DNA of 64,000 nt from Clostridia bacterium (GTDB lineage: Bacteria > Bacillota > Clostridia > Oscillospirales > QAMX01). The stretch is from the NCBI GenBank assembly GCA_017441705.1, contig JAFRWU010000014.1:422-64421 (forward strand). The letters are read 5' to 3'. A program made the translations under genes and the position numbers. Positions 53,173 to 61,693 of this stretch are shown piece by piece. The first letter of the stretch is position 1; every line of letters begins with the position of its first letter. Below the pieces are notes generated by a model. The model saw nothing but the letters and a program-made list of their open reading frames with translations, was not told the DNA's origin and did not search any database.

Positions 53173-54678
53173 ATGGAACTTCAGGAAGCGAAGGCGCGCA
53201 TCGACGCCCTGCAGAGAAAAGAGATCGCCTACAACCACGCCATGGGGCTTTTGAGCTACGACGGCGCCACCGGCGCGCCGGCGGGGACCGCCGCCAACCG
53301 GGGCGAAACCCTCGCGGTGCTGAGCGAGGCGTCCTACGGCATCGCCACCGGGCCCGAAATGATCGAGACGGTGGAGACCCTTCTCCGGCACGCGGACGAG
53401 CTGGACGAAGTCACGCGCCGGATCGCCGAGGTGAAAAACAAGGACCTCACCGAGCTCCGGAAGATCCCCGTGGAGGACTACGTCGCTTATACCAAGCTGA
53501 TCAACGAAGCCGACGCGGTGTGGCACAAGGCCAAGGAGAACAACGACTACGCGTCCTTCGCGCCGTATATCGCGAGGATCGTGGAGTTCCACAAGAAAAT
53601 CGCCGCCCTCGTCTCACCCGAAAAGGACCCCTACGATTACTGGCTCGACCGGTTTGAGGAAGGGCTGACCAGGGAAAAATGCGAAGTCTTCTTCGCCGCC
53701 CTGCGCCGGGAGATCGTGCCGCTGGTCAAAAAGGTGACCGCCTCGCCGCAGGTGGACGATTCCCTGAATCATATCCCGTTCCCCATTCCGGAGCAGGAAA
53801 AGCTTTCGGACGAGCTGATGGCCCTGATGGGGATCGACCGGGATCACTGCACCATCTCCACCACCGAGCATCCCTTTACCACCGAGTTCTCGAAATACGA
53901 CGTGCGCATCACCACGCACTATCACGAGACGAGCTTCCTCTCGTCGCTTTTCAGCGTGGTGCACGAGGGAGGGCACGCCCTTTACGAGCTGAACGTGGCC
54001 GACGAGCTGGCCTACACCTGCCTCGGCAGAGGCGTTTCCATGGGGGTCCATGAGAGCCAGTCGCGTTTCTTCGAAAACATCATCGGCCGAAGCGAGGCCT
54101 TCGCCGCGCTCCTCTTCCCGATCCTCGAAAGGCTCTTCCCGGAGCAGATGAAGGGCCGCACGCCGCACGGCCTCTATCTGGCCGCCAACAAATCGGAGCC
54201 CTCTCTGATCCGCACCGAGGCGGACGAACTGACTTACTCGCTGCATATCATGGTGCGCTTCGAGATCGAAAAAAGGCTTTTCGCGGGGGAAGTCACGGCC
54301 GCGGATCTGCCCGCGCTGTGGAACGCGCTCTACAAGGAATATCTCGGGGTCGACGTGCCGGACGCGAGACGCGGCGTGCTGCAGGACAGCCACTGGTCGG
54401 GCGGCATGTTCGGATACTTCCCCTCCTACGCCCTGGGCTCGGCCTACGGCGCCGAGATCCTCGCCAGAATGGAGCGGGAATTCGACGTGTTCGCCGCGGT
54501 GGAGCATAACGAGATCGCGAAGATCAACGACTGGCTCCGGGAGCACATCTGGAAATTCGGAAGCCTGTATAAGCCCGGCGAGCTGATGGAAAAGGTCTTC
54601 GGAGCGCCCTTTGATCCGGCTTACTACACGAACTATCTGAAAAAGAAATACGCGTCGATCTACGGGTTCGAGGCGTAA
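53173..54678 (+). CDS. Carboxypeptidase M32 (Taq-type metallocarboxypeptidase)
   Basis: 501 aa with HEGGHALYE (HExxH), HESQSRFFEN and the IRTEADELTY motif. Confidence 0.9.
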   Translation: MELQEAKARIDALQRKEIAYNHAMGLLSYDGATGAPAGTAANRGETLAVLSEASYGIATGPEMIETVETLLRHADELDEVTRRIAEVKNKDLTELRKIPVEDYVAYTKLINEADAVWHKAKENNDYASFAPYIARIVEFHKKIAALVSPEKDPYDYWLDRFEEGLTREKCEVFFAALRREIVPLVKKVTASPQVDDSLNHIPFPIPEQEKLSDELMALMGIDRDHCTISTTEHPFTTEFSKYDVRITTHYHETSFLSSLFSVVHEGGHALYELNVADELAYTCLGRGVSMGVHESQSRFFENIIGRSEAFAALLFPILERLFPEQMKGRTPHGLYLAANKSEPSLIRTEADELTYSLHIMVRFEIEKRLFAGEVTAADLPALWNALYKEYLGVDVPDARRGVLQDSHWSGGMFGYFPSYALGSAYGAEILARMEREFDVFAAVEHNEIAKINDWLREHIWKFGSLYKPGELMEKVFGAPFDPAYYTNYLKKKYASIYGFEA

Positions 54679-54699
54679 AGAGAAGGAAGGCAACGGGAT

Positions 54700-55725
54700 A
54701 TGAAAATGGACGAGATCAGAAAGAGGATCGGCCAGGACGCCCAGATCTTCGGCGCGCGCACGCTGCGCTTCGAGGGCGGCAGAGCCGACGGCATGCGTCT
54801 GACCGAGATGGAAACCGGCGCGGGACTCAGGCTCGAGCTCCTGCCCGACCGGGCGATGGATCCCTACCGGCTGAATTTCAAGGGGGTCAATCTTTCTTTC
54901 CTCACCAACGTGGCGCCGGTGGCACCCGCCTTCGCGGACAGCACCGAGGCTTCCTTTCAGAAGCATTTCAACGCCGGGATGATGACCACCTGCGGCCTGG
55001 GGAACGTGGGCGTTCCCAACGATTTCCACGGGGAAAGAAAGACCCAGCACGGCCGCTTTTCCACCATCCCCGCCGACGAGTACGCCGCGTTTTCGGACGT
55101 GGATCCCGACGGGACGCCGGTCCTGGTGGCCCGGGGAACGATCCGGGAGGCGCGCTTCTTCGGCGAGACGGTGACCGCCCGCCGCGAGATCCGGATGCGG
55201 TTCGGGGAGAACCGGTTTACCCTGCGCGACAGGATCAAAAACGAAGGATATGAAAGAAGAGAGCTCCTGCTCCTCTATCACTGCAACCTGGGCTATCCTC
55301 TGGTGGACGCGAAATCGCATCTGATCCTGCCGCCGACGCTGGTGACGCCCCGCGACGCCGAGGCCGAAAAGGGAAGGGACGAATACATGCTCTTCCACGA
55401 GCCGCGGCACGCCTATGCCGAGCAGTGCTTCTATCTGGACTGCGAAGAGGATAAGGACGGCAAGGTCTGCGCCGCGCTCCTGAACCCCGAACGGGAGCTC
55501 GCGCTGCGGATCAGCTTCCTGAAAAAGGAGCTTCCCTACATGACCGAGTGGAAGCAGATGGGCGAAAAATTCTACGTGGTCGGTCTGGAGCCCGGCAACT
55601 GCCACGTGGGAGGCGCCGCCGCGGAGGAAGAACGCGGGACCCTGACCTGGCTGGAGCCCGGGGAGGAGAGAGAATACGGCCTGACCTTTGAGGTCCTGGA
55701 AGGAAAGGACGCGATGTCCCTTTGA
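54700..55725 (+). CDS. Aldose-1-epimerase-fold protein (DUF4432-like, from memory)
   Basis: 341 aa in a beta-sandwich mutarotase-like pattern (LELLPDRAMD...GLGNVG...LLYHCNLGYP). Its stop overlaps the next start. Confidence 0.6.
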   Translation: MKMDEIRKRIGQDAQIFGARTLRFEGGRADGMRLTEMETGAGLRLELLPDRAMDPYRLNFKGVNLSFLTNVAPVAPAFADSTEASFQKHFNAGMMTTCGLGNVGVPNDFHGERKTQHGRFSTIPADEYAAFSDVDPDGTPVLVARGTIREARFFGETVTARREIRMRFGENRFTLRDRIKNEGYERRELLLLYHCNLGYPLVDAKSHLILPPTLVTPRDAEAEKGRDEYMLFHEPRHAYAEQCFYLDCEEDKDGKVCAALLNPERELALRISFLKKELPYMTEWKQMGEKFYVVGLEPGNCHVGGAAAEEERGTLTWLEPGEEREYGLTFEVLEGKDAMSL

Positions 55726-56132
55726 AAAACATCCTGGTGATCGACGGGCAGGGCGGCCGGATCGGCGCCATGCTTGTCGCGGAAATCAAAAAGAGACTTC
55801 CGTCGTGTGAAGTCACCGCCGTGGGCACCAACGTCCTGGCGACCGGCGCGATGCTGAAGGCGGGAGCGGACAACGGCGCCACCGGGGAAAACCCCGTCGT
55901 GGTCGCCGCGCGCACGGCCGACGCGATCGTCGGCCCCATCGGGATCGTCATCGCCGATTCGCTCTTCGGCGAGGTCACCGAGAAGATGGCCGCGGCGGTG
56001 GGGAAAAGTCCCGCCGAAAAGATCCTGATCCCCATCAACAAATGCCGGACCTTCGTGGCGGGAGGTTCGGATCACACGGCGGCGGAATACGTCGCGCTCG
56101 CGATCCGGAAGCTGGAGGAGATGGAAGAATGA
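55722..56132 (+). CDS. Small conserved protein (DUF3842-like, from memory)
   Basis: 136 aa. A TTG start overlaps the upstream stop (TTGA). Contains MKNILVIDGQGGRIGAMLV...AVGTNVLATGAMLKAGAD. Confidence 0.6.
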   Translation: MKNILVIDGQGGRIGAMLVAEIKKRLPSCEVTAVGTNVLATGAMLKAGADNGATGENPVVVAARTADAIVGPIGIVIADSLFGEVTEKMAAAVGKSPAEKILIPINKCRTFVAGGSDHTAAEYVALAIRKLEEMEE

Positions 56133-57442
56133 AAAGGAGAAGGGCGATCCGGATCCTTGCCCTGCTGATCCTCGCGGCGACGGTCTTCTCCGCCTGCGGA
56201 GGCTCCGCCGGGACCGTGACGGAAAGCGAAACGGCGCCGGAGAGCGAACCGGCGGCGGAAAGCGAACCGGAAAAGAGCTATCCGCCGTGCCCGGCGGGGA
56301 CGGCGGACGAACTGGTGGAGAAATACTACCCGGGCGCGACGCCGCGCTTTCAGAACCCGGCGGAAGGGAAAGACGGCCGGGCGGAATTCCTGTACGATCA
56401 TGCCGAAAGACAGAGCCCGACCCGGATGCGTGAACAGCTTCTGACGGCGATCTGCCTTTTTGACGAGGCCGAAGGCATCTGGAAGGCCGACCGCGTATAC
56501 GCCACCACCATCGGCATCATTCCGGAACCGACCCGCAGCTATTCCTTCCGGGATTTCAAAATCAACGTCCCGGAATCCTGGCATGAGACCGAGTGGCATA
56601 TGACCAGCGTGGGCGACGTCGAGGTCAAATGGTTCCTGGATGAGGACGAGGTGATGCGTTTCAATTTCGGCCAGGATTTCGAGGATCCCGAAAAGACGGA
56701 ACCGCTTCATTTCGACGACCTGGGAATGATGGCGGATCTGTTCTCCTGCCAGACCGAAGGAACGCATATCCGGGTGATCCTGAAGAATCCTCTCTTCCAG
56801 GTGGGATCGCTCTATCCGTCCTTCGAGACCGACAGGATGGATCTCGGCGAATTCGTTTCGGTCCTCGGCACGCTGAAATTCACCGCGCTCTTCCCGGAGG
56901 AAGAGGAGGAAAAACCGGTCCTGCAGGTGGGCGACACGGCGGAGGGTGAAAAAGTGCGCTTCACCCTGCAGCACGCGGAACTCTGCGAAAGGATCTCGCT
57001 TCGCAAGGGAGACGGATACCTTCTGCCGACCGTCCCGGACGACGAAACGGCGCTGACCGCCGGGGAGGGAGAGACCCTTCTCGCGTTCACCTTTACCGCC
57101 GAGAGCATCGATCCTTTCAAGACCTGGTTCATCGGAGCGCGCTCGGGCTGGCGGCTCCAGTGGAAGGTGGAAGCCGGCGGCGAGACCTACCCTATGACGG
57201 GCCAGACGAAGGAAGCGGTCGGCTTCGAGATGCGCGACGCGCTGTGGTCGGACGACGGCGGCAAGACCTGGCAGACGATGAAAGGCGACAGCGTGGAGCT
57301 TTTCTCCGAAAAGACAGTTGTCATCCGGTCCTACGGCGTGATCCGGGCGGACATCCTGAAAGACTCCGGCGAGATGCTCCTGACGGTCAACGTGCTGGAC
57401 GGCGACAACGCTTATACCGAATATACCTACAAGATCCGGTGA
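56129..57442 (+). CDS. Lipoprotein, unknown function
   Basis: ATG 56129 overlaps the upstream stop (ATGA). MKRRRAIRILALLILAATVFSACGG is a signal peptide plus lipobox. An acidic SE/PE linker follows. 437 aa. Confidence 0.75.
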   Translation: MKRRRAIRILALLILAATVFSACGGSAGTVTESETAPESEPAAESEPEKSYPPCPAGTADELVEKYYPGATPRFQNPAEGKDGRAEFLYDHAERQSPTRMREQLLTAICLFDEAEGIWKADRVYATTIGIIPEPTRSYSFRDFKINVPESWHETEWHMTSVGDVEVKWFLDEDEVMRFNFGQDFEDPEKTEPLHFDDLGMMADLFSCQTEGTHIRVILKNPLFQVGSLYPSFETDRMDLGEFVSVLGTLKFTALFPEEEEEKPVLQVGDTAEGEKVRFTLQHAELCERISLRKGDGYLLPTVPDDETALTAGEGETLLAFTFTAESIDPFKTWFIGARSGWRLQWKVEAGGETYPMTGQTKEAVGFEMRDALWSDDGGKTWQTMKGDSVELFSEKTVVIRSYGVIRADILKDSGEMLLTVNVLDGDNAYTEYTYKIR

Positions 57443-57462
57443 TCCAGAAAAGCGAAAAAGAC

Positions 57463-57497
57463 GGAGCGCCTCCCAAGGAGACGCTCCGCCTGTTTTT
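57463..57497 (+). terminator. Intrinsic terminator
   Basis: The GGAGCGCCTCC / GGAGACGCTCC hairpin (one mismatch) is followed by GCCTGTTTTT. Confidence 0.65.
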
Positions 57498-57508
57498 GCC
57501 ATATACGC

Positions 57509-57733
57509 TTAACGGCCGAGAGTGTCCAGACCGAGCTCCTTTTCGCAGTCGGAGCAGTAAAGGGTCCAGCTTTCATCCACGTTCGAATCGGCGGAGACGT
57601 GAAGCTCCTTTCCGCAGCGGTCGCAGTGTACGGTTTTCTGCTTGCCGCAGGAGACGAGAACGGCGGCCGTCAGGAAGAGAGCGAAGAGAAGCGCGGCGGT
57701 TTTATGGACAAAGGCTCTTTCTTTCCGGATCAT
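57509..57733 (-). CDS. Small (74 aa) lipoprotein with extracytoplasmic CxxC...CxxC zinc-ribbon
   Basis: FLTAAVLVSC is a signal peptide plus lipobox, followed by HCDRCGKEL...LYCSDCEKEL. Confidence 0.6.
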   Translation of the reverse strand: MIRKERAFVHKTAALLFALFLTAAVLVSCGKQKTVHCDRCGKELHVSADSNVDESWTLYCSDCEKELGLDTLGR

Positions 57734-57764
57734 GGCGGCGATATCCTTTCTCTGCCGGCGCCGG

Positions 57765-58262
57765 TCAGACGCGGTTTTTCGGAACGCACTTGCCCCAGTA
57801 GCCGCCCATGGACAGCAGCATCAGAAGCGACGCAGGCACCGTAAAGAACCTGGTCAGGAAGCCCGCGCCGGTCTCGAGCATCGACACGGCGGCCAGCGTG
57901 CGGGAGCCGTAATACCGTCCGGTGATAGCTGTGGCGGCGGTGGAGAGGAGAGGACTGATCAGGGCGCTCGTCAGGAAAAGCACGACGGCGAACACGATCA
58001 CGACGGCGATGGATCCGCCCTTCGAAGGCTTCAGGGCGAGGATCAGGACCAGATAGAGCACCGCGATCAGAAGGCTGACGGAGCAGCCGAGGATGGTGTT
58101 GACCGGCAGATAAAACTGACTGGCGTCAAACATATCCTCCGGGGCATGCATCAGGCGGAAGATCAGGGGACGCAGAAGGAAAGAGAAGAGCGAAACGACC
58201 AGGGCGACGCCGTAAAGCGCGGCGGACAGGATCCCGAAGATCCGGGAAACTTTCAAATTCAC
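57765..58262 (-). CDS. Four-TM membrane protein, tandem paralog B
   Basis: 165 aa. It shares ALKPSKGGSIAVVIVFAV and the C-terminal MGGYWG with the upstream paralog. Confidence 0.7.
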   Translation of the reverse strand: MNLKVSRIFGILSAALYGVALVVSLFSFLLRPLIFRLMHAPEDMFDASQFYLPVNTILGCSVSLLIAVLYLVLILALKPSKGGSIAVVIVFAVVLFLTSALISPLLSTAATAITGRYYGSRTLAAVSMLETGAGFLTRFFTVPASLLMLLSMGGYWGKCVPKNRV

Positions 58263-58278
58263 AATGAGGGCCCTCCTT

Positions 58279-58794
58279 TCAGAGATTTTGCGGGCCGGCG
58301 GGGACGAAGGCGCCTTTTTTTCGGACGCTTTGTCCCCAGTAGCCGCCCATGGAGATCACCATCAGGACGTTGGCGGGCACGGCGAACAGGGAGGAGAGCG
58401 TGGAAGCGGCCCGGCTGACGATCGAATAGGAGGCGACGGCAAGGGTGCCGTAGGAATTGACGCCCGCCTGGCTGATCAGACCGATCACGGGAGTGATCAG
58501 GACTCCGTCCAGAAGAAGCAGGACGGCGAACACGATCACGACGGCGATGGATCCGCCCTTCGAGGGCTTCAGAGCGAAAAGCAGGATCATATACGCCATG
58601 GCGATCAGAAGCCGGAGCAGGATGCCGAGGATCGAACCGATCGGCGCGCTGCGGAAGGCGATCACCTCCGGATCGGCGGTATAAAGCATCTTGATCTGCT
58701 CCTGAAAAACGATGGCCAGGATGGACGCGAGCAGGGCGAGAACGAATAGCGCGGAAGCGACGACGTGCAGGATGCGCGCTGCTTTCAGACTCAT
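58279..58794 (-). CDS. Four-TM membrane protein, tandem paralog A
   Basis: 171 aa with RBS aaaggag. It has the same architecture and shared core as paralog B. Confidence 0.7.
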   Translation of the reverse strand: MSLKAARILHVVASALFVLALLASILAIVFQEQIKMLYTADPEVIAFRSAPIGSILGILLRLLIAMAYMILLFALKPSKGGSIAVVIVFAVLLLLDGVLITPVIGLISQAGVNSYGTLAVASYSIVSRAASTLSSLFAVPANVLMVISMGGYWGQSVRKKGAFVPAGPQNL

Positions 58795-58860
58795 AAGGAG
58801 AACTCCTTTCCGGAAGACAGGGGAACGGATCCCGTTCCCCTGCTTTCTGCGATCGAGTAT

Positions 58861-59016
58861 TCAGGCTTTTTCGAACATATCCTTGGAAAGGCCGCAGACC
58901 GGGCAGACCCAATCCTCGGGCAGATCTTCGAAGGCGGTGCCGGGGGCGACGCCGTTTTCCGGATCGCCGGCCTCGGGATCATACTCGTAACCGCAGGGGC
59001 AGACGTACTTATCCAT
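58861..59016 (-). CDS. Rubredoxin (51 aa; absent from the ORF track because under 60 aa)
   Basis: Manual translation gives [51 protein letters not shown], with CxxCG...CPxCG. RBS aaaggag lies 7 nt upstream. Confidence 0.9.
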   Translation of the reverse strand: MDKYVCPCGYEYDPEAGDPENGVAPGTAFEDLPEDWVCPVCGLSKDMFEKA

Positions 59017-59051
59017 GACGATTCTCCTTTCGTATTGTCTTCGGATGCTTT

Positions 59052-59080
59052 ATTATACAACGAAAACCGGCGCTTGACAA
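59052..59080 (-). promoter_or_regulatory. Sigma-A-type promoter candidate for rubredoxin
   Basis: On the minus strand: TTGTCA (59080-59075), a 17-nt spacer, then TATAAT (59057-59052). Confidence 0.6.
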
Positions 59081-59120
59081 GGGGGAGACGCGCGGAGTTT
59101 TCGCGGGCCGCGCGGCAGTC

Positions 59121-59144
59121 CGGGAAGGGATCGCTCCCTTCCCG
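59121..59144. terminator. 10-bp hairpin downstream of the Zn-ribbon gene
   Basis: CGGGAAGGGA pairs with TCCCTTCCCG around a 4-nt loop. The T-rich tract is present only on the plus strand. Confidence 0.45.
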
Positions 59145-59153
59145 CTTTTCCTT

Positions 59154-59402
59154 TCAGACATCGTACCAGCCGCCGAAGGGGCGCTTTGCGCCGCACCTGA
59201 CGCACGCCGTCAGAGGCGCGGAGCCTCTGCTGTTTTCGTTTTCCGCACCGCAGGCGGGGCATTTCCACCGCCGCTCTTCTTCGGTGCGCGGATGATACAT
59301 ATCGGGGGCGACGTTGGGGTAAGTCCTTCCGCATTCCGGACAGCGGACGAAGCTGTCCCAATGCGAATTCTCAAATCTGCATCCGCACCGGCAGATGACC
59401 AT
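59154..59402 (-). CDS. Small (82 aa) Cys-rich double zinc-ribbon protein
   Basis: Contains CRCGC, CPECG, CPACG and CVRCG spaced as two ribbon pairs. No signal peptide. Confidence 0.55.
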   Translation of the reverse strand: MVICRCGCRFENSHWDSFVRCPECGRTYPNVAPDMYHPRTEEERRWKCPACGAENENSRGSAPLTACVRCGAKRPFGGWYDV

Positions 59403-59525
59403 TGCCGTATCCGCTCCCGCGGGGAACGCCGGAAAAACCCGGCTTTTCCGCTGAGAGCTTTCCTTTCTTTCAGATTGCCGACGGGACCGGCCGGAAAAGC
59501 GAACGCCGCAGAGAGGGCCCGCCGG

Positions 59526-60794
59526 TCACTCGTCGTAGGACGCGACGTTTTCGGCCCTGTCCGGAGAGAGCGTTTTCCAGTCGGCGGGCGGGTTCCCCAC
59601 GTCCGGAACGTCCATCAGGATCCCGCCTTCCAGGGCGCTTTGATGGGCGACCAGACCCGGCAGATTGTATTGCGCGGCCTTCCACGCGTTCGTCGGGGAA
59701 AGCCATCCCGACGCGTACGCCTGGCAGAAATCGTCCACCATGAACTGATGCGTGCCGGCATGTCCGGTCCCGAGCCCCGCGAAGCCCTTCGGCAGTCTGC
59801 CGATCGCCTGGATCGGCGCTTCTCCGCCGCCCCAGGCGCCGTTTACCGCCTTTTTGATATAATCGGGCTCGCTCTTGTGCTTTGTCAGCTCGACGGGATT
59901 CAATTCGTCGCTGACGTCGGTGTATTCCACAAAACCTTTTTCGTCCATTTTCACGTAACTGTGCTGCAGAAGCGAACACTCGTAGGACGCCCTGGTCCCG
60001 TAAAAAGAGCTGATGTAGGTCTCGGGGAAATGCCAGGCGATCCGGCGGTTTTCACTGATCCGGGCTGCGCCGCCGTTCGCCAGATGCAGGAGCATGGCCG
60101 AATTGGAAAACGGGTTGTCCCAGTAATTCATACCCGCCCCGAAGATGTCCGGGTCGACCTTGTCCCGGAACCCCGCGGCGGAGACCTTCGTTGCAAAGGT
60201 GTTCGCGGCGGAAAGCACCATGGAGGTGGAATGGGTCGGATAGAAAAGAGGCGGAAGCCCCGCCATTTTGCGCCAGGTGTCTCCCTCCGTGTACTGAAAG
60301 ACGTGGTACAGACGCTTCATGTCGTGATTGTACTGCGCTTCCGCGTATACCATATCGCCCATTTCCCCGGACGCAAATTTTTTGCGGCAGAAGATGGCGG
60401 CCGGCCGGTAGACGCCCGTTTCCCCCATCATGTAGGTGAGGCCGGTCTCCCGGACGAGGCGGACGATCTCCAGGATCTCCTCGATTTTCAGGGCCATCGG
60501 CACGGCGGAATAGACGTGCTTTCCGGCTTTCAGCGCTTCGATGGCCATCCGGCCGTGCGTGTCGCGCTGGGAGAAGATGGCGATGCTGTTCACTTCGTCC
60601 GACGTGATCGCGTCCTCGAAGGAATCGAACACCCGCGCCATACCGTAGGTTTCCCTGAAATCTTCCGCCCGTTCGCGGAACTTGTCGCAGGCGGCGACGT
60701 ATTCTACCGCCGGGTGCGCTTTGAACAGAGGCACGAAGGAGCGGCAGAACTGTCCGCATCCGATAAACGCGATCCTGAGCTTTTCTTTCCGCAC
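59526..60794 (-). CDS. Gfo/Idh/MocA family oxidoreductase
   Basis: GTG start at 60794 (RBS gggagga, 7-nt spacing). Contains LRIAFIGCGQF, a Rossmann GxGxxG. 422 aa. The track start 60965 is rejected. Confidence 0.85.
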   Translation of the reverse strand: MRKEKLRIAFIGCGQFCRSFVPLFKAHPAVEYVAACDKFRERAEDFRETYGMARVFDSFEDAITSDEVNSIAIFSQRDTHGRMAIEALKAGKHVYSAVPMALKIEEILEIVRLVRETGLTYMMGETGVYRPAAIFCRKKFASGEMGDMVYAEAQYNHDMKRLYHVFQYTEGDTWRKMAGLPPLFYPTHSTSMVLSAANTFATKVSAAGFRDKVDPDIFGAGMNYWDNPFSNSAMLLHLANGGAARISENRRIAWHFPETYISSFYGTRASYECSLLQHSYVKMDEKGFVEYTDVSDELNPVELTKHKSEPDYIKKAVNGAWGGGEAPIQAIGRLPKGFAGLGTGHAGTHQFMVDDFCQAYASGWLSPTNAWKAAQYNLPGLVAHQSALEGGILMDVPDVGNPPADWKTLSPDRAENVASYDE

Positions 60795-60894
60795 GGTGGT
60801 TTCCTCCCTGATTCCCGTTTTCGTTTTTTTCCGGATCGGAAAAAAAGAAGGAGAAGGGATCGCCCCGCTCCTTCTTCCGCCCCGGTATTCCGGC

Positions 60895-61443
60895 TTATTT
60901 GAAGTATCTCTGAAGCAGACCCTTGAAGCCCGCGCCGTGTCTCGCCTCGTCCTTCGCCATTTCATGCACGGTGTCGTGAATGGCGTCGTAATTCAGCTCC
61001 TTGGCGCGTCTGGCCAGCTTGAATTTGCCTTCGCAGGCGCCCGCTTCGGCGTCGGCGCGCATGGCAAGGTTCTTTTTGGTGCTGTCGGTCAGGACCTCGC
61101 CCAGAAGCTCGGCGAACTTCGCGGCGTGCTCGGCTTCTTCAAAGGCGTAGCGCTTGAAGGCCTCGGCGACTTCGGGATAGCCCTCGCGCTCGGCCACGCG
61201 GCTCATGGCGAGATACATGCCCACTTCGCTGCATTCGCCGTTGAAGTTTTCCACAAGGCCCTGATACACGTCGTCTTCGATCTTGCCCTTGGCGCCGACG
61301 CCCACTTCGTGGACCGTGGCGTAGCCTTCGTCGCCTTGGACTTCCTTGAATTTGGATGCGGGGGCTTTGCAGATGGGGCAGGCTTCGGGAGCGGCTTCGC
61401 CCTCGAATACGTAACCGCAGATGGTGCAGACGAATTTCTTCAT
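60895..61443 (-). CDS. Reverse rubrerythrin (N-terminal rubredoxin-like domain plus ferritin-like diiron domain)
   Basis: Contains [11 protein letters not shown]...CPICKAP, then ExxH diiron motifs ([18 protein letters not shown]). Confidence 0.9.
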   Translation of the reverse strand: MKKFVCTICGYVFEGEAAPEACPICKAPASKFKEVQGDEGYATVHEVGVGAKGKIEDDVYQGLVENFNGECSEVGMYLAMSRVAEREGYPEVAEAFKRYAFEEAEHAAKFAELLGEVLTDSTKKNLAMRADAEAGACEGKFKLARRAKELNYDAIHDTVHEMAKDEARHGAGFKGLLQRYFK

Positions 61444-61525
61444 TTTGGTTTCCTCCTTGTCTTCGTCCCGCTGTCACCGGCGCCGGCGGCTCCGGCAGCA
61501 CGGGAAACGGCTTTTTTCCGCTCCC

Positions 61526-61555
61526 ATTATATCACGCGGGAAAGAGGTTCGTCAA
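61526..61555 (-). promoter_or_regulatory. Sigma-A-type promoter candidate for rubrerythrin
   Basis: On the minus strand: TTGACG (61555-61550), an 18-nt spacer, then TGaTATAAT (-10 hexamer 61531-61526). Confidence 0.55.
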
Positions 61556-61623
61556 GGAGAATCGGACGCCGCTTTTTCCGGCGCGGAAGGCGCCGGAAGA
61601 GGCGTTTTTTTCAAGATAGGGAG

Positions 61624-61652
61624 TTGCCTTTTCGGGTGAAAAGGACTATAAT
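61624..61652 (+). promoter_or_regulatory. Sigma-A-type promoter candidate for the radical SAM gene
   Basis: TTGCCT (61624-61629), a 17-nt spacer, then TATAAT (61647-61652). Confidence 0.55.
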
Positions 61653-61693
61653 ATCCGGTATGGATCCCGTTCCCGGAAAGGAGGAAAAGCCCG

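Noticed and set aside
57642-58749. Plus-strand ORFs (258 aa and 161 aa) containing the repeated EHDHDGDGSALR segment
   Set aside because: They are antisense shadows of the two membrane paralogs. The repeated peptide is simply the reverse-complement reading of the shared 42-nt core.
61444-61693. RiPP precursor peptide upstream of the radical SAM/SPASM gene
   Set aside because: There is no short ORF with an RBS in the gap. The region is accounted for by two divergent promoters. The enzyme resembles anSME throughout rather than a peptide-maturase subfamily.
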